Below, piece after piece: positions 21,487-32,481 of a DNA stretch of 64,000 nucleotides; position 1 is the stretch's first letter; each line of letters begins with the position of its first letter. The DNA is taken from NCBI GenBank assembly GCA_963769435.1, contig CAVYLN010000001.1, forward strand, positions 959,768-1,023,767, given 5' to 3'. The DNA comes from an uncultured Actinomycetota bacterium. Lineage in GTDB: Bacteria; Actinomycetota; Actinomycetes; S36-B12; UBA10799. The position numbers were made by a program, and so were the translations under genes. The notes under the pieces were generated by a model, which was not told where the DNA came from, did no database searches, and was given only the letters and a program-made list of their open reading frames with translations.

Positions 21487-23361
21487 TCAGCTCGCAGTGG
21501 GCGCGCTGCCATCACCCTTCAGAGCCTCACGGATGGTTTCCACATAGGCCTTGATGCCCTCGGTCGTCAGGTGTGTGCCGTCGTACACGAAGTACTCCCG
21601 GTGGCCCTCGGCGGCCGTCTCCCAGTCGGCGATCCGCACATTGTCGAACTGGTTGGCCATCCCGCGGATGTTGCGGTTCGAGTCGTCCATCCAGGAGTTG
21701 GGCGTGTGGACCGTGACCAGCACCACCTGCCGGTCGGTCAGTCCGTCCAGGGTCTCCTTCATCATGTCCCAGTAGGCGGTTCCGTTGGTCCCGGCGTGGA
21801 TCACCACCACGTCGCGCAGTTGCCCCGCCGCCTTTCGCGCGTTGATGCGTTCGACGATCTGCGGGAACTGCCGAGACACCGCGGCGTCCACGGAGACCCG
21901 GAAGGCCTTGTCCAGGGCACCGGCCGCCCCCAGCATCACCGAATCTCCCACCGCCGTCATCGGTTGCTTGGACAGGTCGGCCCCCACCGGTGGGGGCGGT
22001 TCGTCCACGTCGGCCGCATCGGCGTCCGGACCCTCCGCGGCGGCCGCCTCTGACGTCAGATCCTGGCCGATCTCGGTGCGACCTCCGAGATAGTCCGAGG
22101 CGTTCGGGGCAGGTATCGCCGCCAGCGCCGCACCGGTCGCGAAGATGACTGCGAAGGCCGCGACCAAGACACCGGCAGTCCGCGCCACCGCAGTACCGAC
22201 ACCCTCCTCGCGCCAGCGTTTCCATGCCGCGGACAGCGCGCCGCGCCGGATCGGCACCTCCAGGTATCGGTAGGACACCTCGGCGACGGCGAACGTGAGC
22301 CCCATGCGCACGATCCAGGCGGGGACGCCGTCGAAGGGCAGATCGATGCCGGGCCGGGTCACCACGAAGATCGGCCAGTGGTACAGGTACAGGCCGTAGG
22401 AGCGCTCACCGATGTAGCGCATCGGCTGGACGGCGAGTAAACGACCGAACCCGATCGCGGGGTGGCTGGCCAATGCCACGATCCCGAGAGCGGCCAAGGA
22501 GACGATGAAGAACCCGCCCCGGTAGAGCCACGCACTGTCCTCACCCACGCGGTGGAAGATCGACAGCAGCACCACCGTCGCCCCCAGCGCGGCGGCCCAC
22601 AGAACCACCTTGGCCGGTGCCGCCACCGTTCGTGGCAGCGCTCCCGGCCGCCACACGGTGGCCAGCGCGGCGCCGAGCAGCAGACCCATGGCGTGGGTGT
22701 CCGTGCCGAAGTACAGGCGACTCGCGTCACCGGCGTCCGGGACGTTCCAGACCAGCGAACCCAGCGCCATCAGGACCGTGGAGACCAGCGCGACGATCAG
22801 TGCGACCCGTCCCACCCCGGGACGACCGCGCCAGCGGTAGAGCAGGACGAGGACCACGGGCCACACCAGGTAGAACTGCTCCTCGACCGCCAGCGACCAG
22901 AGGTGCTGCAGCATGGGCGGCCGGCCCATGGCTTCGAAGTACGACAGGTCCTGGACCACGTACCACCAGTTGGTCACATAGAACATCGACGCGAGCGCGT
23001 CCTCACGGAACTGCGCGGCAGCATCCCGCGCGAAGAGTAGGACCAGGACCGAGGAGAGTGCGAGCGTCGCCAGCAGCGCAGGCAGCAAGCGCCGGGCCCG
23101 GCGCAGGTAGAACTGGCCGAACGAGACCGCCGATGTCCGCTCGATCTCCTGCAGCAGAAGGCTGCTGATCAGGAAGCCCGAGAGAACGAAGAACACATCG
23201 ACGCCGAGGAAACCGCCTGGAACGCCGGGCACACCTGAGTGGTACAGAAGCACCGCCAGCACGGCGATAGCCCGAATGCCGTCAAGCCCGGGGATGTAGC
23301 CCATCGGTGGCGCGGGCCGGCGGACATCCGTCTCATGCCGGGGCACAACCGCTACTGACAC
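21487..23361 (-). CDS. Acyltransferase-3 plus SGNH domain protein (OatA-like O-acetyltransferase)
   Basis: GLDGIRAIAV, GVDVFFVLSGFLI, HLWSLAVEEQFY; C-terminal GDSV, GTNG, DGTH. Confidence 0.9.
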   Translation of the reverse strand: MSVAVVPRHETDVRRPAPPMGYIPGLDGIRAIAVLAVLLYHSGVPGVPGGFLGVDVFFVLSGFLISSLLLQEIERTSAVSFGQFYLRRARRLLPALLATLALSSVLVLLFARDAAAQFREDALASMFYVTNWWYVVQDLSYFEAMGRPPMLQHLWSLAVEEQFYLVWPVVLVLLYRWRGRPGVGRVALIVALVSTVLMALGSLVWNVPDAGDASRLYFGTDTHAMGLLLGAALATVWRPGALPRTVAAPAKVVLWAAALGATVVLLSIFHRVGEDSAWLYRGGFFIVSLAALGIVALASHPAIGFGRLLAVQPMRYIGERSYGLYLYHWPIFVVTRPGIDLPFDGVPAWIVRMGLTFAVAEVSYRYLEVPIRRGALSAAWKRWREEGVGTAVARTAGVLVAAFAVIFATGAALAAIPAPNASDYLGGRTEIGQDLTSEAAAAEGPDADAADVDEPPPPVGADLSKQPMTAVGDSVMLGAAGALDKAFRVSVDAAVSRQFPQIVERINARKAAGQLRDVVVIHAGTNGTAYWDMMKETLDGLTDRQVVLVTVHTPNSWMDDSNRNIRGMANQFDNVRIADWETAAEGHREYFVYDGTHLTTEGIKAYVETIREALKGDGSAPTAS

Positions 23362-23522
23362 CACAACCTCTTCCGCGAACGCTGGAACCTCATGGTAAGC
23401 GGCGGATCCGACACAAGAGGGCAGATCCTGCGCGTGGCGGCCCATCCGGATGCCCGGGGTGCGCGCGAACTATGTCCGAAATCGGTCTTCCCAGCAGCGG
23501 CATACGGCGCTTGAATGCGCAC

Positions 23523-24788
23523 ATGACCCTTCGACTACTCGCCGTAGCGACTGCCACCGCGGTGGGACTGCCCGCCCTCGCGGGTCCCGCACTGGCCGAA
23601 CCGACACCTGACGGACAGTTCGCGGTCAGCGGTGTGGGTACGAACAACCAGATCGGGCCGGGTCCGGACGGCAACATGTGGGTCACCTTGGACGCGGTCA
23701 ACGACCTCGCGAAGGTGGCTGCCGACGGCACCGTCACCGAGTACAACCCGGCCACGGTGGCCACACCCACCGGGATCACCACCGGGCCCGACGGGAATCT
23801 GTGGGTGACGCAGAGCGGCGGGGTCGCCCGCTTCGCGCCGGGCGATCCGAACGCCGCGGTCGCGTTCGCGATCGCCGACATCAGCGACCCACGGGCTATC
23901 ACCACCGGGCCCGACGGGAACCTGTGGACCGCGTCGGGGAACAAGGTGATCAAGATCCCGCCGAACGACCCCGCCGGGTTCACGTCCTACGCGGCGACCG
24001 GGGTGGCCGGGGCGCGCTGGATCGCGGCCGGCTCGGACGGCAATCTCTGGGTGGCGGACTTCGGGGGCCAACAGATCGTCAGGGTCACCACGGCCGGGGT
24101 GGGTACCGCCTTCCCGACCGGGGGTGGTCCGCAGGGTGTGACCGGTGGCGCAGGTGGCCAGGTCGCCTACAGCAATCCCACCGCAGTGCCGCAGACCGTC
24201 GGACGCATCCAGCCCCCCGGAGCGGCAGTGACGACGCCGACACCGCTGGCCGACCCCTTCGGAGTGGCACTCGGGGGTGACGGCAGCTACTGGTTCGCCC
24301 AGTTCGCAACCAACAATCTCGGACGGCTGACTGCGGACGGGCAGTACTCGACCCTGCCGCTCGCGCCGGGCACCGGCCCCCGGCAGATCAGCGCCGGACC
24401 CGCAGACACCCTCTGGGTGACACTGGACCTGGCCGAGGCCGTTGCCCGTGTCAACGGTGTCTCACCGGCCCCCGCCCCGGCCCCGACACCTCAGCCCACT
24501 CCGACGCCGGGTCCGACCGTCGATACCCGCATCAGCAAGAAGCCCAAGAAGGTGGTCCGGACCAAGAAGGCACGAGCGAAGGTCAAAGTGCGGTTCACCG
24601 GGACGCCCGGGGCTTCCTTCCAGTGCCGCCTCGGAAAGAAGCCGCTGAAGAAATGGCGGTCGTGCACGTCCCCGAAGGTGCTTCGACTCAAGCCGGGGCG
24701 CTACAACTTCCGGGTCCGCGCAACGCTCGACGGCGTCAGGGACACGACCCCGGCCAGGGCCAAGTTCCGTGTGGTACGCCGCAGGTGA
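23523..24788 (+). CDS. Secreted Vgb/NHL-type beta-propeller protein with Pro/Thr linker and Lys/Arg-rich C-terminal domain
   Basis: Signal peptide; repeated GPDGNLWV blades; PAPAPTPQPTPTP linker. Confidence 0.8.
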   Translation: MTLRLLAVATATAVGLPALAGPALAEPTPDGQFAVSGVGTNNQIGPGPDGNMWVTLDAVNDLAKVAADGTVTEYNPATVATPTGITTGPDGNLWVTQSGGVARFAPGDPNAAVAFAIADISDPRAITTGPDGNLWTASGNKVIKIPPNDPAGFTSYAATGVAGARWIAAGSDGNLWVADFGGQQIVRVTTAGVGTAFPTGGGPQGVTGGAGGQVAYSNPTAVPQTVGRIQPPGAAVTTPTPLADPFGVALGGDGSYWFAQFATNNLGRLTADGQYSTLPLAPGTGPRQISAGPADTLWVTLDLAEAVARVNGVSPAPAPAPTPQPTPTPGPTVDTRISKKPKKVVRTKKARAKVKVRFTGTPGASFQCRLGKKPLKKWRSCTSPKVLRLKPGRYNFRVRATLDGVRDTTPARAKFRVVRRR

Positions 24789-24803
24789 GACTCAATCGGA
24801 GGG

Positions 24804-25103
24804 TCAGGAGACCACTTTCCACTTCAGCCGGCCCTTGGACTCACTACCGAGCCGCACCTGCACGCGGTACTTCGTGCCGTTCTTGGCCTTGACCTTGCAG
24901 TAGAAGATCTTGCCCTTGGCCCACGTGACCTTCGCCGGACATTTCACCTTCACCGAGGTGCCGGTCTGCTGCTTGAAACCGACCTTGATGCTCTTCTGAA
25001 GTTTGGCCCGCTTCACCACCGAGTCGGCCTGAGCGGGGCCCGCGACAAGCACCGGTGCCGCCAGCAGCGGAAGGGTTGTCGCAAGAGCCAGTGTTCTGCG
25101 CAT
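24804..25103 (-). CDS. Small secreted basic protein, DUF4333-like
   Basis: Signal peptide ending AQA; V.CP......G..F.C.V pattern. Confidence 0.65.
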   Translation of the reverse strand: MRRTLALATTLPLLAAPVLVAGPAQADSVVKRAKLQKSIKVGFKQQTGTSVKVKCPAKVTWAKGKIFYCKVKAKNGTKYRVQVRLGSESKGRLKWKVVS

Positions 25104-25170
25104 GGGGGCCGCCTCTCATGGGTTCGTCTCAAGACTACGCCGATGCGGCGGGCCTTGGCCATGCTCGGAT

Positions 25171-26124
25171 TCAGGCGAGCAGTTCGGCGGCCTCCAGCGC
25201 CCAGTAGGTCAAGACGATGTCGGCCCCGGCGCGGATGCATCCGGTCAACGACTCCAGGATCGCGGCTTCCCGGTCGATCCAGCCGTTCGCGGCGGCGGCC
25301 TCCACCATCGAGTACTCGCCGGACACCTGATAGACCGCGACCGGCACATCCGAGATCTCAGCCACTGCCCGCACCACGTCGAGGTATGCGGGTTTGACCA
25401 TCACGACATCGGCTCCCTCGGCAAGATCCAAGGAGGTCTCGCGCAAAGCCTCCCGGCCGTTGCCGGGATCCTGCTGATACGTTCGCCGGTCGCCGGTGAG
25501 GGAACTGTCCACGGCTTCCCGGAAAGGGCCGTACAGCGCGGAGCTGTACTTCGCGGCGTAGGCCAGGATCGATGTGTTCACGAAGCCGGCATCGTCGAGG
25601 GCCTGCCGGACCGCACCCACCTGGCCGTCCATCATCCCGCTGGTGCCCACCATGTCCACGCCCGCCCGGGCGAGGACCACGGCCATCTGCTGATAGCGCA
25701 CCAGCGTCGCATCGTTGTCCACCTCGTCGCCGGAGACGATGCCGCAGTGGCCGTGGTCGGTGAACTCGTCCAGACAGAGGTCGGCCTGCACCACGAGCCT
25801 GCCTGCGGCGGCCCGCACGGCGACCTCGACCGCGCGGGAGAGAATCCCGTGCGGGTCGGTGGCGCCGGAGCCGACGGCGTCCTTGTGCACGGGAACCCCG
25901 AACAGCATCACGCCGCCGAGCCCGGCCTGCGCCGCACGCTCGACCAGATCCGGCAGCGTGTCGAGCGTCTGTTGGTACACCCCCGGCATCGAACTGATCG
26001 GCTTGGGCTCAGTGAGACCCTCGGCCACGAAGACCGGCAGCACGAGCGCCGCCGGGTGCAGCCTGGTCTCGCACACCAACCGCCTGATCGCCGCGGTGGC
26101 ACGCAACCGGCGGGGACGCATCAT
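25171..26124 (-). CDS. hemB: Porphobilinogen synthase
   Basis: [40 protein letters not shown]. Confidence 0.95.
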   Translation of the reverse strand: MMRPRRLRATAAIRRLVCETRLHPAALVLPVFVAEGLTEPKPISSMPGVYQQTLDTLPDLVERAAQAGLGGVMLFGVPVHKDAVGSGATDPHGILSRAVEVAVRAAAGRLVVQADLCLDEFTDHGHCGIVSGDEVDNDATLVRYQQMAVVLARAGVDMVGTSGMMDGQVGAVRQALDDAGFVNTSILAYAAKYSSALYGPFREAVDSSLTGDRRTYQQDPGNGREALRETSLDLAEGADVVMVKPAYLDVVRAVAEISDVPVAVYQVSGEYSMVEAAAANGWIDREAAILESLTGCIRAGADIVLTYWALEAAELLA

Positions 26125-27702
26125 GACTTCGAGCGCCGCCGACCGGCACCGCGTCGCTTCGACGGCCGCCACACGCGCTCACCGTTCTCCAGCGCCGCCT
26201 TGCGCAGCTGATCGCCGTGCGCGGCGAGAGCGGCGACCAGTGGCTCGATCTTCGCCTGCGCCGGTTCCACCGCCACCTTCAGCCCGTGCTCGGTGGCCGT
26301 CGCGGCCGTCTCCGGGCCGATCGCCGCGATCACGGTCGTTGCATGCGGCTTGCCCGCGATCCCGACCAGGTTGCGCACCGTACTCGACGACGTGAACACG
26401 ACGGCATCGAATCCGCCCGTCTTGATCGCCTCCCGGATCTCCGCAGCCGGCGGTGCCGCACGCACCGTCCGGTAGGCCGTGATGTCGTCGACCTCCCAGC
26501 CGAGATCGGTCAGACCAGCGACCAGTTTCTCCGTGGCGATGTCGGCGCGGGGCAGGAACACCCGCCCGATCGGGTCGAGTTCCGGGTCCCGCTCGGGCCA
26601 CACCTCGAGAAGTCCGACCGACGACTGCGCATCCGCTGGGGGCACCAGGTCGGCCCGGACACCGAAGTCCTGCAGCGCGTTGGCGGTCGCCTCCCCGATC
26701 GCGGCGATCTTGAGTCCGGCCAAGTGCCGTGCGTCGAGACCGCGCTGCTCGAAGCGCTCGCGGATGGCACGTACGGCGTTGACACTGGTGAATGCGATCC
26801 ACTGGTACCGGCCGGACTCGATGCCCTCGATGGCACGCTCCATCTGCTGCGGTGTGCGCGGCGGCTCGACGCTGATGGTCGGCACCTCCACGGGGACCGC
26901 GCCGAACAGACGCAGTTGCGCGGACAGCTCACCTGCCTGGTCCTTCGTGCGCGGCACGAGGACGCGCCACCCGAACAACGGCCTGCTCTCGAACCACCCG
27001 AGGTTGGACGCGGTTGCGACCCCGTCACCGATGAACACGTCCCCGTTGCCGGTCAGTTTGGCGGCCTTCAAGTCCGCAGCAGCGTCACCGAGAGTGGTCA
27101 CCACGGTCTGCTGTTCGACGGTCGTGCCACCGCGGACCACGACCATGCCGGTCCCCTGGGTGCGCCCGGCGGCCAGCGCCGCCTTGGCCAGGCCGGCGGC
27201 GGAATCCGCAGCGTTGCGGATCACCAGCGTGCAACTGCTGTCCGCCAGGGTCTGCTCGTCGACCTCCCCGGACAGCAGGTCGACGACGCGCAACTGCTTC
27301 GACTTGGAGCCGACCAGCCCGATCCCGGCGTACGCCGCGATGCCTGAGACGTCGCTTGCGCACGGGAGTATCTCGAACGGGATGTGCGAGCGGTGGAGCG
27401 CCTTCGCCTCCGCGATCACCCGGCCGTCCAGCACCGGATCGCCGGCGAAGACGCGCACGGCATGACGACCGGCGCGGGCCTGTTCGGCCAGCGCCTTCGC
27501 GACCGCTGGCGCGTCGGTCGGTGCCGAGGGGATGTCCAGCACTTCCAGGTCGTCGGCCTTCGAGCAGGGAGCGCACCTCGGAGTCGCAGACGACGACGTC
27601 GGCCTGCGCCAACATCGCGGCCGCCCGCACGGACAACAACTCCGGATCCCCGGATCCGGCGGCGATCAGCGCCACGGCTGGTACTGGCTTGCGATTCTTC
27701 AT
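26121..27702 (-). CDS. hemD: Bifunctional uroporphyrinogen-III methyltransferase/synthase, frameshift near 27555
   Basis: [11 protein letters not shown]-terminal domain; [31 protein letters not shown]. Confidence 0.9.
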
Positions 27703-28595
27703 CTGTTTTCTCCCAATAGTCGACCGGCGCCTTGCCCGATCAGGTCATCTGCGGCACGCCGGCCCACTGCGGAGCCCTGCGAGCCGGTAGTCGTGCATTC
27801 GTACATCTGGGTCCCGTCCTGCGACAGCACGGCCGCCCGCAGGTTCAGGCTGTCCGCGGCAGCGCGGGCCAGGGCGCCCACCGGCGCGCTGCATCCGGCC
27901 CGGAGTCCGGCCAGCAGTTCCCGCTCGGCCATCACCGCCGCACGGGAGAGGGGGTCGTCGATCCCGGCCACCTCCGGCACGGCGCGGTGCTCGCGGAGCA
28001 TCTCCACGGCAAGTGCGCCTTGACCGACGGCGGGCAGCATGGTGTCTGTCGACAAGGGCACCCCGGGTGGTGTCAGCCCCAGGCGCCGCAGTCCCGCGGA
28101 TGCCACCACCACCGCGTCGAATTCGCCACTCGAGACCTTCGCGACGCGGGAGTCGACGTTGCCCCGGATACCCACCACCTGCAGGTCGGGGCGCACCCGC
28201 CGCAGGAAGGCCATGCGGCGCGGGGAGCCTGTCCCGACCCGGGATCCGGGCGGCAGGTCGTGCAGGCCGTCGGCATCGGTGACCAGGAAGTCGCGCACGT
28301 CCTCACGTTCGGGTACCGCCACTATCTCGGTGCGGTCGTCGGGCGCGGTCGGCATGTCCTTCATCGAGTGCACGGCGACGTCGGCCCGGCCGTCGATCAG
28401 CGCCTGTCGGACCGCCGTCACGAAGACCCCCTGCCCCCCGAATGAGGTCAGCGCCGCCTTGGACGTGTCGCCTTCGGTCGTCACGAGCACCTCTGTCACG
28501 ACCACCCCGGTGATCGCGGCGATCCGCTCGCGGACCCAGCTGGTCTGTGCGCGCGCCAGTGCACTGGCCCTGGTGGCCACCCTGATCTCAGACAC
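27699..28595 (-). CDS. hemC: Hydroxymethylbilane synthase
   Basis: ATRASALARAQ, AVHSMKDMP, GTGSPRR, IRGNVDSR, AGCSAPVG. Confidence 0.95.
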   Translation of the reverse strand: MSEIRVATRASALARAQTSWVRERIAAITGVVVTEVLVTTEGDTSKAALTSFGGQGVFVTAVRQALIDGRADVAVHSMKDMPTAPDDRTEIVAVPEREDVRDFLVTDADGLHDLPPGSRVGTGSPRRMAFLRRVRPDLQVVGIRGNVDSRVAKVSSGEFDAVVVASAGLRRLGLTPPGVPLSTDTMLPAVGQGALAVEMLREHRAVPEVAGIDDPLSRAAVMAERELLAGLRAGCSAPVGALARAAADSLNLRAAVLSQDGTQMYECTTTGSQGSAVGRRAADDLIGQGAGRLLGENR

Positions 28596-29927
28596 TCGTC
28601 GATCCACCCACCCCGTCGGAGGAAGGCGTCTGCTCGACCTGATCGTTCGGCGTCGGCGTCTCGGTGAGCGCCGCCACCGCGGACGGATCCAGGTCGAAGA
28701 GGGCGTGCAGGGCGGCCGCGTACCGATCGCCGCCCGGGTCGACCGCGAACTCCTTCATCCGCACGGTGGGTGTATGCAGCAGCGTTGCCACCACCCGGCG
28801 CATGGCGCGGGCGATCTCGGTGAAGTCCCTCTCGGTGAGATCCGCGTTGCGCAGTCGCAGCCTCTGCAGTTCCGCGTCCACGACCTCTTCGGCCCGTGAG
28901 CGCAGGGCCACAACGACGGGTTCCACCTTCGCGCTGGTCTGCCGCGCGACGAACTCGGTCGTGGCCCCCAGCACCAGTGCTTCCGCGGTGCTCACGGAGT
29001 CCTTGGCGACATGCGCCTCCGGCAGACCCGCGATACCCGCCAGATCCAGACGCAGCACACCCGGAATCTCAGCGATGCGTGGATCGGTGTCGTGCGGGAG
29101 TGCCAAGTCGCACACGAACAGGTCGGGGGTTGTGCCGCGCAGGACTCGTTCGAGGTGGTCGTGGGTCACGAGCAGGCCGGTCGCGCCCGTGGCGCTCACC
29201 ACGACATCCGCGGCCCTCAGTTGCGCATCGAGATCGACCAGTTGGACCGGTTCACCGCCGACGGCCTCCGCAAGTCGATGGACCGCCGCAGCCGTGCGGC
29301 CGACGATCGTGACCCGGGCACCGGCCGCGGCGGCGACGGAGGCCGCCAGCGAAGACATCGAGCCCGATCCGATGATCACGACGTGGCGTCCCTCAAGGGA
29401 ACCGAAATGCCGCTCGGCCTGCGCCAGCGCCACCTCGACCACGGACGCACCGTGCCGCCCGATCCCGGTCTCGGTCTGCACGCGCTTCCCGATCCGTAGC
29501 GCGTCCTGCGCCAACTCGTGAAGGCTGCGCCCGCCTGACCCTGCTCGACCGCGGTCTTGAAGGCCTCCCGGAACTGGCCGATGATCTGCTCGTCACCGAC
29601 CACCATGGAGTCCAGCCCGCTGGTGACTCGAAATGCGTGCCGTACCGCTGCGTCCTCGTAGTGGACGTAGAGGTGCTTCGACAACTCCTCGGCCGACAGC
29701 CCGGAACTCTTCGCCAGGATCCCGGTGACCGCCTCCACCGCGGCGTGGAACCTGGACACCTCCGTGTAGACCTCGATCCGGTTGCACGTCGACAGGAGAA
29801 GCACTTCGCCGACCGCCTCGCCGGTCCCGAGGACCGAGAGCGTGTCGTTGGGATCCACCGCGGCGACCTTCTCGAGAACCTCGATGGGCGCGGTGTGGTG
29901 GCTGACTCCCAGCACCAGAAGACTCAT
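28588..29927 (-). CDS. hemA: Glutamyl-tRNA reductase, frameshift near 29525
   Basis: GVSHHTAP, LSTCNRIEVY, GLDSMVVGDEQI, IGSGSM, DLALPHD, LLHTPT. Confidence 0.93.
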
Positions 29928-30584
29928 GATCGCCCCCGACCGGCCGCGTGCACGGCGAGGATCTGGATCTCGGTGGCGAGGTCCACCGGGCGCACCACCA
30001 CACTGCTAGGCACATCCAGATGCACCGCGGACAGGTTCAGGATGCTGCTGACACCGGCCGACACCAACCGGTCGGCGACGTCCTGGGCGGCCTCGGCCGG
30101 AGTCGCGATCACCCCGATCCCCACCTCGTTGGCCGACACACAGGAGGCGATGTCCGCCAGCGGCAGGATCTCCAGGAACTCGCCGTGAGGGACAGTCCGC
30201 CTTCGAGCCGACCAGGTCCGGATCCACGTCGAACAGTCCGACCACACGCAGCCCGCGCTCACCGAACCCCGCGTACCCAGCCAGTGCCCGGCCAAGATGA
30301 CCGACCCCGACGACGACCATCCGGTGCTCGCCGGCGAGCCCCAGGGATTGATTGACCTCGTCGCGAAGTTGGCTCACGGGGTACCCGACGCCACGCGTAC
30401 CGTAACTGCCCACGTAGCTCAGATCGCGGCGGACGACCGCGCCACTGACTCCCACGTGGGCCGCGAGATCCGCACTGTGCACTGTTCGCACGCCGGCGTT
30501 CTCGAGCTGGGACAGGCACCTGATGTACTGGGGCAGCCGGGCGATGGTGGCGTCGGGCAATGCGCGTCGCCGCAATCGCACCAT
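29924..30584 (-). CDS. rex: Redox-sensing transcriptional repressor Rex, frameshift near 30195
   Basis: LPDATIARLPQY, RRDLSYVGSYGTRGVGY, GVGHLGRAL, GVSSILN. Confidence 0.93.
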
Positions 30585-30694
30585 GGACACCCGTCAACAG
30601 ATCTCACGTGGACCCTGCGCCCACCACCGATCATGCTACCGATTTCACAAGCGCTGCCCAAACTGACATTCGGACGCCACCGTTCGACTATCGG

Positions 30695-30937
30695 TTAGGC
30701 TACGGTTCCGCCGCCGATCAAAGTCGCGCGCAGTCGTTGCGGATTGACCCTGAACACGTCGTGCACCACACCGTCCACAAGCACCACGGGCACCTGATCG
30801 GCGTAGCGCGCCGCGAGCCGGGGGTCATCGTGCAACGACAGTTCCACCCACTCCGAGTCCGTCTGCGCGCACACCGTTTCGATGACCTCGCGGGCGACGT
30901 CGCACAGGTGGCAGCCCGGTTTGCCGACCAGGATCAC
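30695..30937 (-). CDS. Glutaredoxin-like protein (DUF836 type)
   Basis: KPGCHLCD, YADQVPVVLVDG; conserved position upstream of rex. Confidence 0.88.
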   Translation of the reverse strand: MILVGKPGCHLCDVAREVIETVCAQTDSEWVELSLHDDPRLAARYADQVPVVLVDGVVHDVFRVNPQRLRATLIGGGTVA

Positions 30938-30945
30938 GCGGGCGC

Positions 30946-32439
30946 TCAGAGTGAGGTCACCCCTTGGTCCTCCCGGAGCCGGCCCTTGCTGACCTTGCCC
31001 GTCACCGAGTGGGGCAGGTCGCCCACCACGTCCACGATGGTCGGGCACTTGAACCGCGCCAGTCGTGAAGTCGCGTAGTCGAGCACGTCCTCGGGTGTCA
31101 GTTGCGACCCCGGTTCGGTCACCACGAACGCCTTCACCGCCTCTCCCGTGTAGGAGTGGGTGACCCCCATCACGGCCGCCTCCAACACGCCGTCCATGGT
31201 CAGCAGCACATCCTCGACCTCGCGCGGATACACGTTGAAGCCGCTGACGATGATCAACTCCCGGCGGCGGTCGACAAGCCGGAGATCCCCCTCATCGTCC
31301 TCGATCGCGACGTCTCCGGTGGCGAACCAGCCCTCTTCGTCCGGGCCACCCTCGCCGTCCGGCCAGTAGCCGGAGAACAGATTCGGTCCGCGCACGAAGA
31401 TCTCGCCGGGATCACCTTCCTCGACGACGTCCGAGTCCTCGTCGCGCAATTCGACCTCGATGCCAGGAAGGGGCTGCCCGACCGACCCCGGCTTGGGCCG
31501 GCCCGAGACCAAGGAGGCGGTGATGACCGGCGAGGCCTCGGTCATCCCGTAGCCCTCCCAGATGGGTCGGCCGGTCGCCGTCTCGAACTGCGCCATGACC
31601 TCGCGTGGCAGGGCGGCGGCTCCCGACACCAACAGGCGCACCCCGCTCAGCGCCTCGGCCAAGCCTTCGTGCCCCGACCACGCGACGTACATCGGGGGGG
31701 CGCCGGCGACGTTGGTGACCCTGTGCCGATGGATCGCGTTCAGTGCATCGGCCGGGTCGAAGCGCTCGTTCAGCACGATGGTGGCCGCCTCGTGGGCCAC
31801 CAGCCCCAGAGTTGCGTTCAGCGCGTAGATGTGGAACAGCGGGAGCACGCACAGCACGATGTCATCGGGGGTCATGGCCGGCGGGGACTGCAGTTGGGCG
31901 AGCTGATCGAGGTTGGCGAGCAGCGCCCGGTGGGTCAGCATCGCGGCCTTCGGACGCCCGCTTGTGCCGGAGGTGAACAGCAACACCGCCAGCGACTCAG
32001 GGTCGGTCGGTTCGACCGGTAGCGGACTGCTACCGACGGTGAACCGGCGCCAGTCCTCGCTGCCGGTGACGATGACATCCACATCGGGCACCTGGCGGGC
32101 TGCCACGGCGGACATCTCATCGGCCACCACCAAGCGGGCGTCGATGTCCGAGAGCATCGCCTGCAACTCCGGGGCCGTGTATCCGGTGTTCAGGGGCACC
32201 GCACACATCCCGGCCCGGAGGATGCCGAAATACGTGGTGACGAACTCCAGGGTGTTGGGTTGCATGACGGCAACTCGACTGCCCGGGGGCAGACCGCGTG
32301 CGACGAGCCCACTGGCCACGGCACGCACCTGCCACTCGACCTCGCTCCAGGTGACCACTCGCTGATCGGTCACGACAGCCGGATGGCGGGGTCGGCTCTG
32401 TGCCGCCGCGCTCACAAGATCGGCAAGGTTGGCCACCAC
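30946..32439 (-). CDS. Long-chain fatty-acid-CoA ligase (AMP-binding)
   Basis: FTSGTSGRPK, EGYGMTE, ATGD, SGFNVYPREVE, TGK. Confidence 0.92.
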   Translation of the reverse strand: MVANLADLVSAAAQSRPRHPAVVTDQRVVTWSEVEWQVRAVASGLVARGLPPGSRVAVMQPNTLEFVTTYFGILRAGMCAVPLNTGYTAPELQAMLSDIDARLVVADEMSAVAARQVPDVDVIVTGSEDWRRFTVGSSPLPVEPTDPESLAVLLFTSGTSGRPKAAMLTHRALLANLDQLAQLQSPPAMTPDDIVLCVLPLFHIYALNATLGLVAHEAATIVLNERFDPADALNAIHRHRVTNVAGAPPMYVAWSGHEGLAEALSGVRLLVSGAAALPREVMAQFETATGRPIWEGYGMTEASPVITASLVSGRPKPGSVGQPLPGIEVELRDEDSDVVEEGDPGEIFVRGPNLFSGYWPDGEGGPDEEGWFATGDVAIEDDEGDLRLVDRRRELIIVSGFNVYPREVEDVLLTMDGVLEAAVMGVTHSYTGEAVKAFVVTEPGSQLTPEDVLDYATSRLARFKCPTIVDVVGDLPHSVTGKVSKGRLREDQGVTSL

Positions 32440-32481
32440 GCCACGAGTCTTGCATATGGGACGTTGGGCTAGCCTGCACAG

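Noticed and set aside
23523-24788. Virginiamycin B lyase antibiotic-resistance gene
   Set aside because: It has a signal peptide and an extra C-terminal domain; only the propeller repeats are shared with cytoplasmic Vgb
26121-30584. Pseudogenisation or programmed frameshifting of heme genes and rex
   Set aside because: Indels are scattered across many unrelated genes, no shared slippery motif was noticed, and protein motifs are otherwise intact; sequencing error is simpler
30633-30650. Rex operator upstream of rex
   Set aside because: Only one half-site (TTCACAA) matches TTGTGAA-N4-TTCACAA; autoregulation is plausible but not supportable from this alone
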